A stretch of DNA of 34,041 bases from a virus (IMGVR_UViG_3300006188_000292:1-34041), one strand, 5' to 3'; counted from the stretch's first letter, positions 7,846 through 18,818 are shown. Notes: generated from the sequence alone by a model not told the origin. Translations and numbers: made by a program.

Positions 7846-10626
7846 TTATCCAATCTTAGCTCTATTTTGAATATTAGCCACTTTGTTTTGTGTTGATGTA
7901 ATATCACTTTCAACCACATATACACGGTTACTATTAGCCGATTGTGGTGTATTAGCTTGGTTGTTATTCAACCCAACATTATTTAATGATGGTGCATTGA
8001 ATGATGTTGAGCTACCACCGGACGGAATGGCTGGGGCTGATGAACCACTATCACCACCACCGCTATCGGGGTTGAATTTCTTAGATGCTATGGCAGCTAT
8101 TTGGAGCGCACCAGCAGCACCAGTTATTGCAGCCAGGATTATATTATATGGTGGTGGTGCTGAACCTAAGGCAGCAGTTATACCTTGTGCCGTATTAATG
8201 GCAGCGTTTACTATACCTAAAGCCTTTTGTCTTTTGAATTGCCTTTTTTGCACTTCAACCGATGCTTTTTCACCTTTCTTTAGGTTCTGATTTTCACCTT
8301 GTGTTATCAGGTCATTCAATGCACCTAATGCACCAGCAGCCGATTGAGCAATTTGTAAGCCTTGGTTAGCACTTGCCAACTTGGCATCTAATACAGCTTT
8401 CTGACTATCTATTTCCTTTTGCTTGATTTCATCACTAGTTCTTTCCTCTACATCTTTTCTTTGCCCAGCATATTTAGCCACAATGGCAGCCTTATCACTT
8501 TCTGACAAATCTTTAGAAGAAAGCTCCTTTTGTTCTTGTTCAGTAATAAGCTGAATTTGTTGGTCGGCTTGTGTCTTTAACGCCTGTATTTCTAAATCCT
8601 TTAGTTTGTTAAGTAAAGCAACACGCCCACTAACACGTAGGTTACCTATCTTTTCATCATTGGCTAATTCAATAGCAGCTATATCCGCTTTATTTTGCAC
8701 TGCCTGTAATTCGGCTGCATTGGTCTTGTCTCTAAAACCATCTCTTAAAGCCTGAATATCATTTAACGCTTTAGCCTCAATAGCTTTCTTTTCTTCCTCG
8801 GTCTTGGTTTTGTCCTGTATATCAATTGCAGTCTTAACCTTAATTTGGTTTATTTGTGCATCTAATAACTCTCTATCACTCTTAGACTGTAATACATTCA
8901 AATCAGCAATAGCCTGATTTCTCTTATTAGTTTGAGCAATTACAAAATCGGTGTAGTCCTTTTCCTGTTTCTCTCTTTCAGTATTTAAAGCTGTCAGGTC
9001 TTTTTGTTCCTGTAACCTTAAATTATCTCTCTGTTGCTTAGTGTAGCCAGCTCTAGCAATTTCCTTATCATAATAAGCTTTAGTAAGTGCTTCCTGTTGG
9101 TCAAGATTAGCAGCTTGTTTATTCAACCTATCGGCACTAATTGTAGTGTCCAGTGTTGCTATATCCTGATAGTTCTGCTTTAACAGGCTCAATTGAGCAT
9201 CATAAGCTTCTTTAGCTTTTGCCTTGGCTTTCTCAAATGCTTCTTTCGCAGCCTCGGTTCTAATCTTAGCTATTTCAGCCTGTGTAGCCTTTTCATCGGA
9301 AATTTTAAAGGCATCACTGGCTGCCTTAGATGCAGCTTCATCAGCTTCCTGTTTCTTTATTAAGTCGTTATATTCCTTTGAACCAACCTTAGCAGCGTTT
9401 AATTGAGCATCATATTTAGATTGCGTATTTTTTGCCGTTTCTATTCTTTGGTTAGTAAATTCTTCCTGTCTGTTTTTGGCATCAAATTCAGCTTGGGCAA
9501 TAGCTCTTTTATTCTTATCCTTGATAAGATTAATATTGTTTTGCTCTGTCTTTTTTGCCCAGTCTTTTTGTTGGTCTAATATTGCCTTATTGGCTTTAGC
9601 TTCAATAGTCAGTTCATCGTCCTTTAGTTTCTGATAGGAAACTTTTAATTCATCAAGGTTTTTCTTTTCATCATCAGTTAATTCACCATTAGCTCTTTTT
9701 AATTCTTCTAACTTTTGAATTTGCTGATTGACATTATTAGTAAGTGCCTGTGTCTTTTGTGTTTCTAATATTGCAGTAGATTGACCTGTAGCAGTAGCCA
9801 AAGCAATTTCGGCATCGTATCTAGCGGTAATTGCATCAGCCTCTTTTTTCTTATTCTCTAGAAACTTCTTTGTCTGCTTCTCGCCCTCAATATTGGTTAG
9901 TCCAATAGCATCGGTAAAGGCAGTAACGGCATCAGTAACAAATTTTATTACTTGACCGATTGCCTGAAATGTTGCGCCAATTAAACCGCCCGCAGTTTTT
10001 AACTCATCAAACTTGGCTACTATTAATGCTATAACAGTTGCTAGTAAGAATATTGGATTTACTTTAAGTGCATCACCAAGCTCTGTAAAACTCGTTTTAA
10101 CTGCTTTAAGGGCACCTGTAAAATCACCGCCTAATGCTTGCTTGATAGAACTACCAAAAGAAGAAAAGCCACTTTGTAATGATGACAGTCTGTTTTTCAG
10201 ATTATCACCAATAGATGTAAGTATAGTTTTGCCTAACTCACTAATTGATTTAGTAAGTTCTTTTAGGTCATTGCCTACATTCTTTCCTGAAAGGTCTTTG
10301 AATGATTGTGTAAATAGCTTTACAGAGCTGGCAGCTTTGCCAAAATCCAAAGTGGAAATATTATCCTTTACTAATGCAAATGACCCAGCTAATCTTTCAA
10401 CTGGTTCACCTGTTACTGACTTGGTTGCCTCGGCAATATCTTTAATCTTATCCTTGGCAGCACCAGCCTCAATTGTAAGTCTCTTTACAGCTTCGGGGTT
10501 CTTATCCCCAAATTCAATCATTAAGCTATTAATGTCTTTAATAGCTTTCTTTAATTCACCTACGGTCTTAGCGGAATCTTTGGCGTCAATTGCCGTTTGT
10601 ATTTTTATTTCTAACGAATTGTCCAA
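7846..10626 (-). CDS. Tail tape measure protein
   Basis: 926 aa Ala/Lys/Gln-rich helical; NPIFLLATVIAL segment; C-terminal VYVVESDIT motif. Confidence 0.85.
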   Translation of the reverse strand: MDNSLEIKIQTAIDAKDSAKTVGELKKAIKDINSLMIEFGDKNPEAVKRLTIEAGAAKDKIKDIAEATKSVTGEPVERLAGSFALVKDNISTLDFGKAASSVKLFTQSFKDLSGKNVGNDLKELTKSISELGKTILTSIGDNLKNRLSSLQSGFSSFGSSIKQALGGDFTGALKAVKTSFTELGDALKVNPIFLLATVIALIVAKFDELKTAGGLIGATFQAIGQVIKFVTDAVTAFTDAIGLTNIEGEKQTKKFLENKKKEADAITARYDAEIALATATGQSTAILETQKTQALTNNVNQQIQKLEELKRANGELTDDEKKNLDELKVSYQKLKDDELTIEAKANKAILDQQKDWAKKTEQNNINLIKDKNKRAIAQAEFDAKNRQEEFTNQRIETAKNTQSKYDAQLNAAKVGSKEYNDLIKKQEADEAASKAASDAFKISDEKATQAEIAKIRTEAAKEAFEKAKAKAKEAYDAQLSLLKQNYQDIATLDTTISADRLNKQAANLDQQEALTKAYYDKEIARAGYTKQQRDNLRLQEQKDLTALNTEREKQEKDYTDFVIAQTNKRNQAIADLNVLQSKSDRELLDAQINQIKVKTAIDIQDKTKTEEEKKAIEAKALNDIQALRDGFRDKTNAAELQAVQNKADIAAIELANDEKIGNLRVSGRVALLNKLKDLEIQALKTQADQQIQLITEQEQKELSSKDLSESDKAAIVAKYAGQRKDVEERTSDEIKQKEIDSQKAVLDAKLASANQGLQIAQSAAGALGALNDLITQGENQNLKKGEKASVEVQKRQFKRQKALGIVNAAINTAQGITAALGSAPPPYNIILAAITGAAGALQIAAIASKKFNPDSGGGDSGSSAPAIPSGGSSTSFNAPSLNNVGLNNNQANTPQSANSNRVYVVESDITSTQNKVANIQNRAKIG

Positions 10627-10642
10627 TCATAGTGATTAATTT

Positions 10643-11299
10643 TTATCCTCCGTAGGTTATAGTTCCATCGGTTGAGGTGAATTTGCCTGTATCAGCATTA
10701 AATGAGTTGTAACTATTCACATCATTAAATAGAGTGTTCATAGTTGTTTTGATTTGCCAGTTGCCAGCTTTATTATCGGTTACAATAGATACTGTAAAGA
10801 CAGAACCAGTTGCTGATACATTCATTGATAAGTTGTTGCCTGATACTGGAAATTTTCTATCCACTTGTCCAGTTGGTGTAATGATACCTGCAAATGAATG
10901 TGTAGCCATACCGCTTGAATAGGTAGAAGCCAATATTACATAAGGGTTAAGAACACTATTCAAATGGTAGTTATCGGTTGTGCAAGCAATCGCATTTATG
11001 GCAAATGAAATTGAATTGATGCCTAAAGCATCTAAATCAAATGACATTATAGAGTAAGTACCGCTACCAGTACCAACACTAATTTTGCTTGTAATGGTTG
11101 TTTGTACCTCCCTAATATCGTTATCACCTATTCTTGCATAAATGGCTTTTTCACCCTCATTAAATCCAAACTCGTTTACTACTAAATCGGTTACCTCTAA
11201 ATCTTTGATTATATCGGTTGATGGTATCGTAAAGGTTGAAGCACCGTTATAAATACTATGCTGTGAGTATCTACTACATTGTGTAATATTTTCTGCCAT
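10643..11299 (-). CDS. Minor tail/fibre protein
   Basis: Ser/Thr beta-rich; N-terminal P...DL...EFGFN...IY resembles tail-fibre anchoring segments. Confidence 0.5.
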   Translation of the reverse strand: MAENITQCSRYSQHSIYNGASTFTIPSTDIIKDLEVTDLVVNEFGFNEGEKAIYARIGDNDIREVQTTITSKISVGTGSGTYSIMSFDLDALGINSISFAINAIACTTDNYHLNSVLNPYVILASTYSSGMATHSFAGIITPTGQVDRKFPVSGNNLSMNVSATGSVFTVSIVTDNKAGNWQIKTTMNTLFNDVNSYNSFNADTGKFTSTDGTITYGG

Positions 11300-11325
11300 T
11301 AATTGTTATCTATTTTATCTCCCTA

Positions 11326-11335
11326 CTTATATATC
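11326..11335 (-). promoter_or_regulatory. Putative phage late promoter GATATATAAG
   Basis: Followed by TAGGG, like the copy at 6810 (TGGG). Confidence 0.5.
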
Positions 11336-11353
11336 CAATTTTCAGGTAATTTT

Positions 11354-14300
11354 TTATTCATTTCTACCGCCACTAATAATAGTTACTGGTGATACACTGC
11401 CTAAGCCTCTTACTTTATTTCTACCACCACTTACAAAATTGACTGTTGATATATCAGGAAACTCATTTAAGACTTCATTTCTACCGGCACTAATCAAATC
11501 TGATTGCTGAATAATTTTTGAATTGGTTGTAATACTATTACTGTTTCTTACAGTAAGGTTATTACCGATAGCAACTGCATTTTCAATATTGGCGGTAATG
11601 ACATTGTTATTACCGAGTATTAAAGCGTTCAAAATGTTATTACCAAGGAAATTAAAGTCACCTGATACTATTGCATTTTGAATAGTCTGATTAATTAGGT
11701 TGAAATTGCCGTTTACTAATGCTGGGGACTGAATATTGTTGTAATTACCATTAGCAATTACTGCATTAGCTTGAATATTGTTATTAAAGTAAGTGGCAAT
11801 CACATTTAAAGGTGCTGGGGCAACAAATAAAGGTGCTAATTGCGCTTGTGCAGCGATTAATGATGCATCTAACACAGTATTATTTACATTTCCTACTCCA
11901 ATTGCTGGCAATCTTGTTTCTACTGCTAGTGTTTTAAGTAATTCAACCTTACATGTAACCTTTTTACTTGGTTCATAGCCTGAAATCTTATTAACCTTGT
12001 AGTATTGCCCGCCACCGACACCAGTTTGCAAGAAAATTAGGTCACTGAATGAGAAATTATAAATGTCCTTAGGACTTAAATACATATTAACAACCAAAAG
12101 ACGCGAATTGACGTCCGCTACCTCGTCTAGTGTCCTTGCGTGATACACACCAACTAAATTATTAGCTGTATAGGCTGGGGTATTGTAGAATAATTGAAGC
12201 GGTTGTCCAAAATTTAAATCAAATGCAGGTGTAGATAATGGTGATGGGTCATCAATATGACCTAGATAAGGGTAATAGTTGTAAGTAGCTCCCTCAAACT
12301 TCCATGTATTAGCCGTTAACGGTTGTTTCCCGCTCTTAGGTCTAATCAGTATTCTAATGTTATCTTCAACCGCACCAGTAGGAATAGGATTAGCAGTATT
12401 AAACTCTTTCGCAATGACAGGAATAATAAACTCTGAATAATCAGAAACACGATTAGAACCATATAGTTCTACTAATGGTGTTGCCGAGAATATTACAGGG
12501 TCTAATTTCTTTTCACCTTTCAAGAACTCATTATTGATGTAGTAAGTATAGTTACCATAACCATCACCAATTGAGTTTTTATAAAGAGTATTGTAATAAT
12601 CCTTATCATCTTTCCAAGCTAACACATTTGATTTGTTCTGTTTTTCAGCCAGTATATCAATCTCAATATCTTGGCTCATATCAACTTTCTTTGTCCAATC
12701 TTTCTTTTGACCTAAAGTGTAATAAACATCTCTCGGCTCTATTAATAGTTGCTTTTCATTATTCTTAAATGGCTCTACATACAAATTGAACATCTTAATT
12801 ATAGTCAGAATAAAATCTTTCTTCTTAATGTTCTTTGGCAGTATTTGCGAATAGTCAATAATCATTCCCTTGATTACATCTAATGATACTTCATTGTAAA
12901 GGCTTGTGCCTTTACCATAGCCGAATGTTTGAGTAGTAGTAATATTACTCGCTTGTGTGGCATTCCATGTGCCAGCAGGAAATATATGGTCTTCTGGGTC
13001 ATCATAAATTACATAGGCCCTTTGTGGCGGGAACCATACTTGACCTAATACGCCCTCGGTACAAATGTTATTATACCAATCATTACAAGTTGCTGTAAAT
13101 ACCCTTGCTCTTACCTTTTCACCACTCATTAGCGGTGCATATGAGATTAAAGGGTTGTTACTATATCTGCCGTCTAAAAAGGCAGTAGTACATCTACCAG
13201 TATAGAAATCACCAGCTAATTCAGGTGCGTATGTATAAGCAAGTGGATTAGCCGCTAATGATGGGGCTGGAATATGACTTGGTGAAGAATGAAATAGATT
13301 TGGAGCGCACCAAGAACCTTCATTTACATCAACATTTCTTTCTGCATTGGTTAAGTCTACTCCGTATGGGCCATATCCATTGATAAAGCCAATCCAATCC
13401 ATATCGCCACTTAAATACAGCGGGTCATTGTTTATGATATGGCGAATTTCACCATTCTCATTAGGAATTGGCTCACCTAAACCCGAAGCCCAGGCGGGAT
13501 GCTCTAAACCAGTATTAGGGTCATTCTGCCTATAAAAGACCACCCAAATCTTAATACCAAACTTATCAATAGTTAAAGTAGATGGTGCAACTGCATAGCC
13601 CGTATGATGCCCCGGATGACTTGGAAAGTCGGTAGTGCTATCTTGGTCTTGTTGTAGAATTGCGTCCTTACTGGTTAGCTGTGTACCTATTTTAAAGTCA
13701 AAGTGAAACCTTTGTTTAAACGTTGATGTGGTTGCACCCGTGTTTGGCTCTGTTTCCATGTATAGGTTCTTATAACAGTTATCAACGGGCCAATTAAAAT
13801 ATGGGTCACCGTTAATGCTATAAGTATATCCATAGTCATAGTATGGAGCTTGGAACTGTGTATTGTTCGGTTGATTAAATAAGGTGTCCATAACCGCATA
13901 CTGATTAAAGAACTGGGTAGATAAGTAATAACTGGTGTAGCTTGAAAATGTGCCGCCTACTTTAAATGTTGGTCGTTTATCAATCCCATCAAATCCTACA
14001 CCTGATGCCCTTCTTTGCATTTTACCGCCTGATGCTGGAATGTATAACCTCTTTACCAATTCACTTTCCAAGAATTGGGAAACGTATTGATACATCAGTC
14101 CATCACTTGTAAAATCGGCTGTTGATTGAAATATCTTATCCCATAATACTTTAACAGGAATAGCAGGATATAAATCTTCTGTCCCTAAACCATTACTGAC
14201 AGTCCCATTATTGACAAAGTTATAATCCCAGCCATTGCCGTAATCAATCATAGGATAATATGGCTTCAATCCGCTATCAACATCATCCCAACTAGCGGTA

Positions 14301-14845
14301 ATGCTTTGAGCATTGTAGATGTGATTTAAATCGTTAAAATCATAGTTGCTACTTTGAGTAGCAAAAACAAATTCAGGGCTTGTTACATCTGTAATTAAGC
14401 CATCACCAAATGTTGAAAACACGTTATCAGTTTCACCATAAATAACAGCTTCATACGATGTGATGTGGCTTTCCTTGTTAATATTAACCTTAGTGAGTTG
14501 CAAGTAACCGTTGAATTGTACGTTACTTTCATTAATCATCCAACATTTGGTTTTCCTCTTTGGATTGAAATAGTAATCACTGGCTACATTCTTATCAATT
14601 TCAATCTGAAAAATGAATGAAAAGATTTTATTGTTTTTAGGCGTAGCTGGCAATGTTATAGTCTTTGTGTATGAACTATTAACCGAGGTAATATCGGATA
14701 TGTCGGATATTTGGTAGGTTGTGTCTATCGGTATATCATCAAACAAATCCAGTTCCCTTTTTAATTTATCAGGGTAAACTATATCCGATGGTAAATAAAT
14801 ATTGTTATCAAACTTTTGTAGCTCTACTAGTATTCTAAATGTCAT
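11354..14845 (-). CDS. Tail tip/baseplate hub protein, 1163 aa
   Basis: LDLF...I.DI...SSYTKTITLPAT.KNNKIF N-terminus, IIKMFNLYV; Asn-rich C-terminal repeats. Confidence 0.7.
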   Translation of the reverse strand: MTFRILVELQKFDNNIYLPSDIVYPDKLKRELDLFDDIPIDTTYQISDISDITSVNSSYTKTITLPATPKNNKIFSFIFQIEIDKNVASDYYFNPKRKTKCWMINESNVQFNGYLQLTKVNINKESHITSYEAVIYGETDNVFSTFGDGLITDVTSPEFVFATQSSNYDFNDLNHIYNAQSITASWDDVDSGLKPYYPMIDYGNGWDYNFVNNGTVSNGLGTEDLYPAIPVKVLWDKIFQSTADFTSDGLMYQYVSQFLESELVKRLYIPASGGKMQRRASGVGFDGIDKRPTFKVGGTFSSYTSYYLSTQFFNQYAVMDTLFNQPNNTQFQAPYYDYGYTYSINGDPYFNWPVDNCYKNLYMETEPNTGATTSTFKQRFHFDFKIGTQLTSKDAILQQDQDSTTDFPSHPGHHTGYAVAPSTLTIDKFGIKIWVVFYRQNDPNTGLEHPAWASGLGEPIPNENGEIRHIINNDPLYLSGDMDWIGFINGYGPYGVDLTNAERNVDVNEGSWCAPNLFHSSPSHIPAPSLAANPLAYTYAPELAGDFYTGRCTTAFLDGRYSNNPLISYAPLMSGEKVRARVFTATCNDWYNNICTEGVLGQVWFPPQRAYVIYDDPEDHIFPAGTWNATQASNITTTQTFGYGKGTSLYNEVSLDVIKGMIIDYSQILPKNIKKKDFILTIIKMFNLYVEPFKNNEKQLLIEPRDVYYTLGQKKDWTKKVDMSQDIEIDILAEKQNKSNVLAWKDDKDYYNTLYKNSIGDGYGNYTYYINNEFLKGEKKLDPVIFSATPLVELYGSNRVSDYSEFIIPVIAKEFNTANPIPTGAVEDNIRILIRPKSGKQPLTANTWKFEGATYNYYPYLGHIDDPSPLSTPAFDLNFGQPLQLFYNTPAYTANNLVGVYHARTLDEVADVNSRLLVVNMYLSPKDIYNFSFSDLIFLQTGVGGGQYYKVNKISGYEPSKKVTCKVELLKTLAVETRLPAIGVGNVNNTVLDASLIAAQAQLAPLFVAPAPLNVIATYFNNNIQANAVIANGNYNNIQSPALVNGNFNLINQTIQNAIVSGDFNFLGNNILNALILGNNNVITANIENAVAIGNNLTVRNSNSITTNSKIIQQSDLISAGRNEVLNEFPDISTVNFVSGGRNKVRGLGSVSPVTIISGGRNE

Positions 14846-14849
14846 TGTG

Positions 14850-16466
14850 TTAACTATTTTGTATGGCTATATCATAGCTGTATTTTAAATCCACGGAAGC
14901 AAAAAATAGTTTGCCGTCCCTTGTTCTTTTCCACTGCCATTTTGGAGTGGTTACTATCACTGGAATATCCTTTAAACCAATTTCCACGTCTAAATAAGCC
15001 TGTAAATAGCTTTGAGTGACTATATACACCTCAGGTGACCTTAATAGCTCATCTAAGTAAGCGTAATCACTTTCTTTAATCCAATTTGTAGTAACTGTAA
15101 TTGTCTGATTAGCCTTTACTGATAATACAGTGTCGCCACGATCATATGAACGTGGTACAGTCGTATAAGCTTGTTTGAATAGGTTTTTTGTTATCTCGGT
15201 TTCTTTAGTATTTTTACCACTGAAATTCCAGTAATCCCATCCACCGTGGGGGTTAAGAAACTTCAATCTAATACAGTCATCAGGTATTGGATTTGCCGTA
15301 CGTCTTGCCGAAGTATCAGCAGGATTTACATAAGCAGTACCACAGTCACTATTAATGATTTGTCGTCTTACAACCGCTCTATGTGTTACACCACTAAATG
15401 ATACGTGTGATACACTAATTGCATAGTGTGTTACATTACTGGTTGAAAGCGGTATGCCATACCATAGCTCCACTTCTAGAGAACCAGTTCCCATTTTGTA
15501 CATAACTTCATCGGGATCAGTTATCCACTGACCCATTGAGACAAAGTAGATATTGGTTAAAGTAGTTGGTGATGGAGTGCCATTAAATGTGTAGATATAT
15601 ACCTGTGTTACTGGATAATCTGACCACTTCATTATGAAATTACTATCCTCAAACTGATACAAGTAAATTGGCTTGTAGTCCTGATAATTAGTTAGGAAAC
15701 AAGTATCACCTGAATAAACATAATTCGGGCCTGTATAATTATAAATGCTATTAACTGATTGCACCAAAAATTGAGTGCCAAAGTTCTTATCATATTGATT
15801 GAATTGTCTTGTACCAGTATAAGTATGAAACCTATCGGATTGTCCCACTAAATGGGTTTTCATTATAATCTTGCCAGTCTCTACAATAGGTACTGTATTA
15901 AATAAAACATCAGTAACTATCTCGGTTGGTGATGTTACTTGCTGAACCGTATGAACGCCATTATAGAATGAGTTATAAGATAGAATGTCCTTAGATATTG
16001 TGATTAAATCACCTACGGCTAAATCAGATGCCGTAGCTAATATTAGGGTTGCAAATGTATCAGGGCCAATTGTGGTAGGGGTAATAGACGTAAATGTGAT
16101 GTAGGGATTATATTCGTAGCCATAGGTAATAGCATATGCAGTAATTGGCAAAGAAGTTGCTGTTGGGTCACCTAAAGTCACTACATAATCATTTAGTGTT
16201 TGAGATTGTAGTATTTGGTTAGCGGCAAAAACACATCTGCCATCAGGGCCTGCAGGAAGTTTATATCTTCCAAGATTGTTAGCTACTGAATATGTAACTG
16301 ACCATTGTAAAATCATCTCATACAAATCAATCACATACTGGAAACTATCATTTTGCTGAATGTTACCAGTGCCATTTAAGACAAAAATACATTCGCCTCT
16401 ATTACTATCATTAATAGGTTCTATTGGGTTTGGTTGTCTAACTAAATTTACTGTTGGTGCTGCCAT
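14850..16466 (-). CDS. Tail structural protein (distal tail-like)
   Basis: C-terminal FLNPHGGWDYWNF...TNWI.E...L.ELL.SPEVY motif; precedes hub gene. Confidence 0.6.
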   Translation of the reverse strand: MAAPTVNLVRQPNPIEPINDSNRGECIFVLNGTGNIQQNDSFQYVIDLYEMILQWSVTYSVANNLGRYKLPAGPDGRCVFAANQILQSQTLNDYVVTLGDPTATSLPITAYAITYGYEYNPYITFTSITPTTIGPDTFATLILATASDLAVGDLITISKDILSYNSFYNGVHTVQQVTSPTEIVTDVLFNTVPIVETGKIIMKTHLVGQSDRFHTYTGTRQFNQYDKNFGTQFLVQSVNSIYNYTGPNYVYSGDTCFLTNYQDYKPIYLYQFEDSNFIMKWSDYPVTQVYIYTFNGTPSPTTLTNIYFVSMGQWITDPDEVMYKMGTGSLEVELWYGIPLSTSNVTHYAISVSHVSFSGVTHRAVVRRQIINSDCGTAYVNPADTSARRTANPIPDDCIRLKFLNPHGGWDYWNFSGKNTKETEITKNLFKQAYTTVPRSYDRGDTVLSVKANQTITVTTNWIKESDYAYLDELLRSPEVYIVTQSYLQAYLDVEIGLKDIPVIVTTPKWQWKRTRDGKLFFASVDLKYSYDIAIQNS

Positions 16467-16469
16467 TGA

Positions 16470-16994
16470 TTATTTTCTTTGAAATTCTTTTAGTGTTTGA
16501 TATATAAATTCATTCAGGTCTAGCGCAACCGCCCGCCCTAAATCCATCTTCATTTTCTCAATCCTTAATAATGTGTTTTGTATTACATAACTCGGTTTTA
16601 TACCGTGCTTCTTTATTCCTTTTGCAATAGCCCAAGCCGCTTGGTTATTCAAGTCTTTAATGGACTTACCATGTTTAGACATGGCTTTACTGTGTTTAGT
16701 AATTGCCCTTGCTATTGATGGCTTAGTAGTTACCCACTGCTTTATCTTATCAACTGGTGGCATCTTGCCTGGCTTTCGCCCTTGGTCAACGTATTTTAAG
16801 TAGTCATTAGCCCTAATGTTCAGGAAATAACCATCTACTGCCTGTTGTATATCAAAACTCAATGACTTAATTAATTGCCCTGTTGCTTTCTTATCCTTAC
16901 TCAAAAGTTCTTTTATTAGCTGTCTAATAAATTCTTCTCCGTATTTCTGAAAAGCTTTTTTAAGATTACCTGTTTTAAAGTCTTTATTGAACAT
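16470..16994 (-). CDS. Tail completion/neck protein
   Basis: Basic; ATGQLIKS, YVDQGRKPGKMPP, AWAIAKGI motifs. Confidence 0.65.
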   Translation of the reverse strand: MFNKDFKTGNLKKAFQKYGEEFIRQLIKELLSKDKKATGQLIKSLSFDIQQAVDGYFLNIRANDYLKYVDQGRKPGKMPPVDKIKQWVTTKPSIARAITKHSKAMSKHGKSIKDLNNQAAWAIAKGIKKHGIKPSYVIQNTLLRIEKMKMDLGRAVALDLNEFIYQTLKEFQRK

Positions 16995-16997
16995 CGG

Positions 16998-18800
16998 TTA
17001 GTTTAACTTGATTGCTTTTAATGTCCCATACGGGTAAATAGTTATTACGTTTCCTAAACCAAATGCAGCCGTCTTTAATGACACTAAGCCGCTAGAGCCA
17101 CCACCTCTAATTGTACCCCATATTCTATCAGGTGCCAATGCGGCACTAGCATTATGAACAAAAGTTGAACATAAAGCATTTGATGCAGTCCAGTATTGAT
17201 ATACGGGTGTGTTTATTGTAGAGCCAGTATTTAGAAACCAACCAGTAGCAGTAGCGCCAGCGGGATATGAAACGGCAAATTTGCAACCACTGTTATTAGA
17301 GCTGATGCCCATAAAGTCAGCTTCAAAATACCACGTTTCAGCTACGCCAATTGAGAATGTTAAACCGAAATCAGTTGCTGATGATGTAGAAGTTGAAAAG
17401 GTAGTAGAGATGTAAGCAATTTGCATTGTTAAGCCACCACCGCCTGCGGCACCTTGACTACCTTGGACACCCTGTGTGCCTTGAAATCCTTGCACGCCCG
17501 TAGCACCAATAGAACCCGTTATCCCGTTCAAACCGTTTGCCCCTGCATTGCCTTGTGTTCCTTGGAAACCTTGGTAGCCCGTAGCACCAATTAGCCCGTT
17601 TGCTCCTCCAATTCCCTGCGTTCCTTGGAAGCCCTGATAACCCGTTGCCCCGATAGAGCCAGTGATACCATTAATTCCGCTATTACCTTGGCTGCCTTGT
17701 GCGCCCTGATAACCTTGGTAACCAGTCGCTCCAATAGAACCTGTAATACCATTAATTCCTGCAGGACCTTGAAAGCCTTGGTTACCTTGGTAGCCCTGAA
17801 ATCCTGTGGCTCCGTTCAAACCGTTTACACCTGAATTGCCTTGGAATCCCTGATAACCTTGGCTACCAGTAATACCATTTGCACCGTTAATGCCGCTAGT
17901 TCCTTGTGTTCCTTGAAAACCCTGAAATCCAGTCGCTCCATTCAATCCATTTTGACCCGCTACACCTTGCACACCCTGAAATCCCTGTGAACCAGTAACA
18001 CCAGTCAATCCAGTATTACCTTGTGTTCCTTGGTTACCCTGAAACCCTTGACTGCCTTGTGGTCCCTGTGAACCATTTGCACCATCGTTTCCTTGCGGTC
18101 CCTGAAATCCTTGGAAGCCTATCATACCATCAGTACCGTTACTACCTTGGAAACCCTGATAACCCATTGAGCCATCAGCTCCCTGATAACCTTGGGCACC
18201 AGTAGCACCGACATTAGCAGCAGTGCCATCTAATCCTCTATCACCTTGGAAGCCTTGTGGGCCAATCGGGCCTTGCGCTCCAACTAATCGGTGTGTAGTA
18301 ATGTCTGTATTTAATACGGTTGTGTAGTCACCTAATAGAGTAATAGGAATATTGCAATTAGAATAGCGGAAAGGAACTTTAAAATATACGGTTGATACAC
18401 AACCAGCAGCATCATCATCAGTTTCGTGTAGAACTATATCAGACGATGTATTTTGGTCAATTGAAATTTCGTATTCTTCATACTTAGGGTGTAGTGTAAT
18501 GTGCGCTAGTATCGTATTAATGATAAAATCACAATCAGAAATCACATCAAAAAAGTTACCATCACCTTTATCAATCTTATCATATACATAAAGGTTCAAA
18601 CCATAGTATATATCCGACATTTGCGAAGTGTCATCACTCCACAATGCAGTTGAGTTATAAGGCTGAATCCATAAATAAGGGAATTTTACCCCCGTCATAT
18701 CAGGCTTATCACCAAAACCGCAGTAGTTCACCATATCGTGACCGACTGCGATTTCATTTATCATTAATGCCAGCTTTTTAAGCGTGATAGTTTCGTTCAT
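16998..18800 (-). CDS. Tail terminator-like N-terminal domain fused to collagen-like triple helix and C-terminal beta domain
   Basis: N-terminal ~165 aa FPYLWIQP...LYVYD...SDC pattern; long G-X-Y run; Ser/Thr-rich tip. Confidence 0.7.
   Translation of the reverse strand: MNETITLKKLALMINEIAVGHDMVNYCGFGDKPDMTGVKFPYLWIQPYNSTALWSDDTSQMSDIYYGLNLYVYDKIDKGDGNFFDVISDCDFIINTILAHITLHPKYEEYEISIDQNTSSDIVLHETDDDAAGCVSTVYFKVPFRYSNCNIPITLLGDYTTVLNTDITTHRLVGAQGPIGPQGFQGDRGLDGTAANVGATGAQGYQGADGSMGYQGFQGSNGTDGMIGFQGFQGPQGNDGANGSQGPQGSQGFQGNQGTQGNTGLTGVTGSQGFQGVQGVAGQNGLNGATGFQGFQGTQGTSGINGANGITGSQGYQGFQGNSGVNGLNGATGFQGYQGNQGFQGPAGINGITGSIGATGYQGYQGAQGSQGNSGINGITGSIGATGYQGFQGTQGIGGANGLIGATGYQGFQGTQGNAGANGLNGITGSIGATGVQGFQGTQGVQGSQGAAGGGGLTMQIAYISTTFSTSTSSATDFGLTFSIGVAETWYFEADFMGISSNNSGCKFAVSYPAGATATGWFLNTGSTINTPVYQYWTASNALCSTFVHNASAALAPDRIWGTIRGGGSSGLVSLKTAAFGLGNVITIYPYGTLKAIKLN
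17450..18282 (-). repeat. Collagen G-X-Y repeat region (GFQ/GYQ/GTQ/GIN triplets)
   Basis: Direct reading of translation; recurring unit GINGITGSIGATGYQGFQG. Confidence 0.9.
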
Positions 18801-18818
18801 TGATAGTTTATAAGTTTT

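Noticed and set aside
5198-18205. Many + strand ORFs in the track (e.g. 5528..6034, 7883..8290, 10013..10639, 17209..17415)
   Set aside because: Shadow frames antisense to well-supported structural genes; Ser/Phe-rich composition typical of antisense translation
17450-18282. Repeats as CRISPR array or DGR template/variable pair
   Set aside because: Degenerate codon-level collagen repeats; no spacers, no reverse transcriptase, no adenine-specific differences seen
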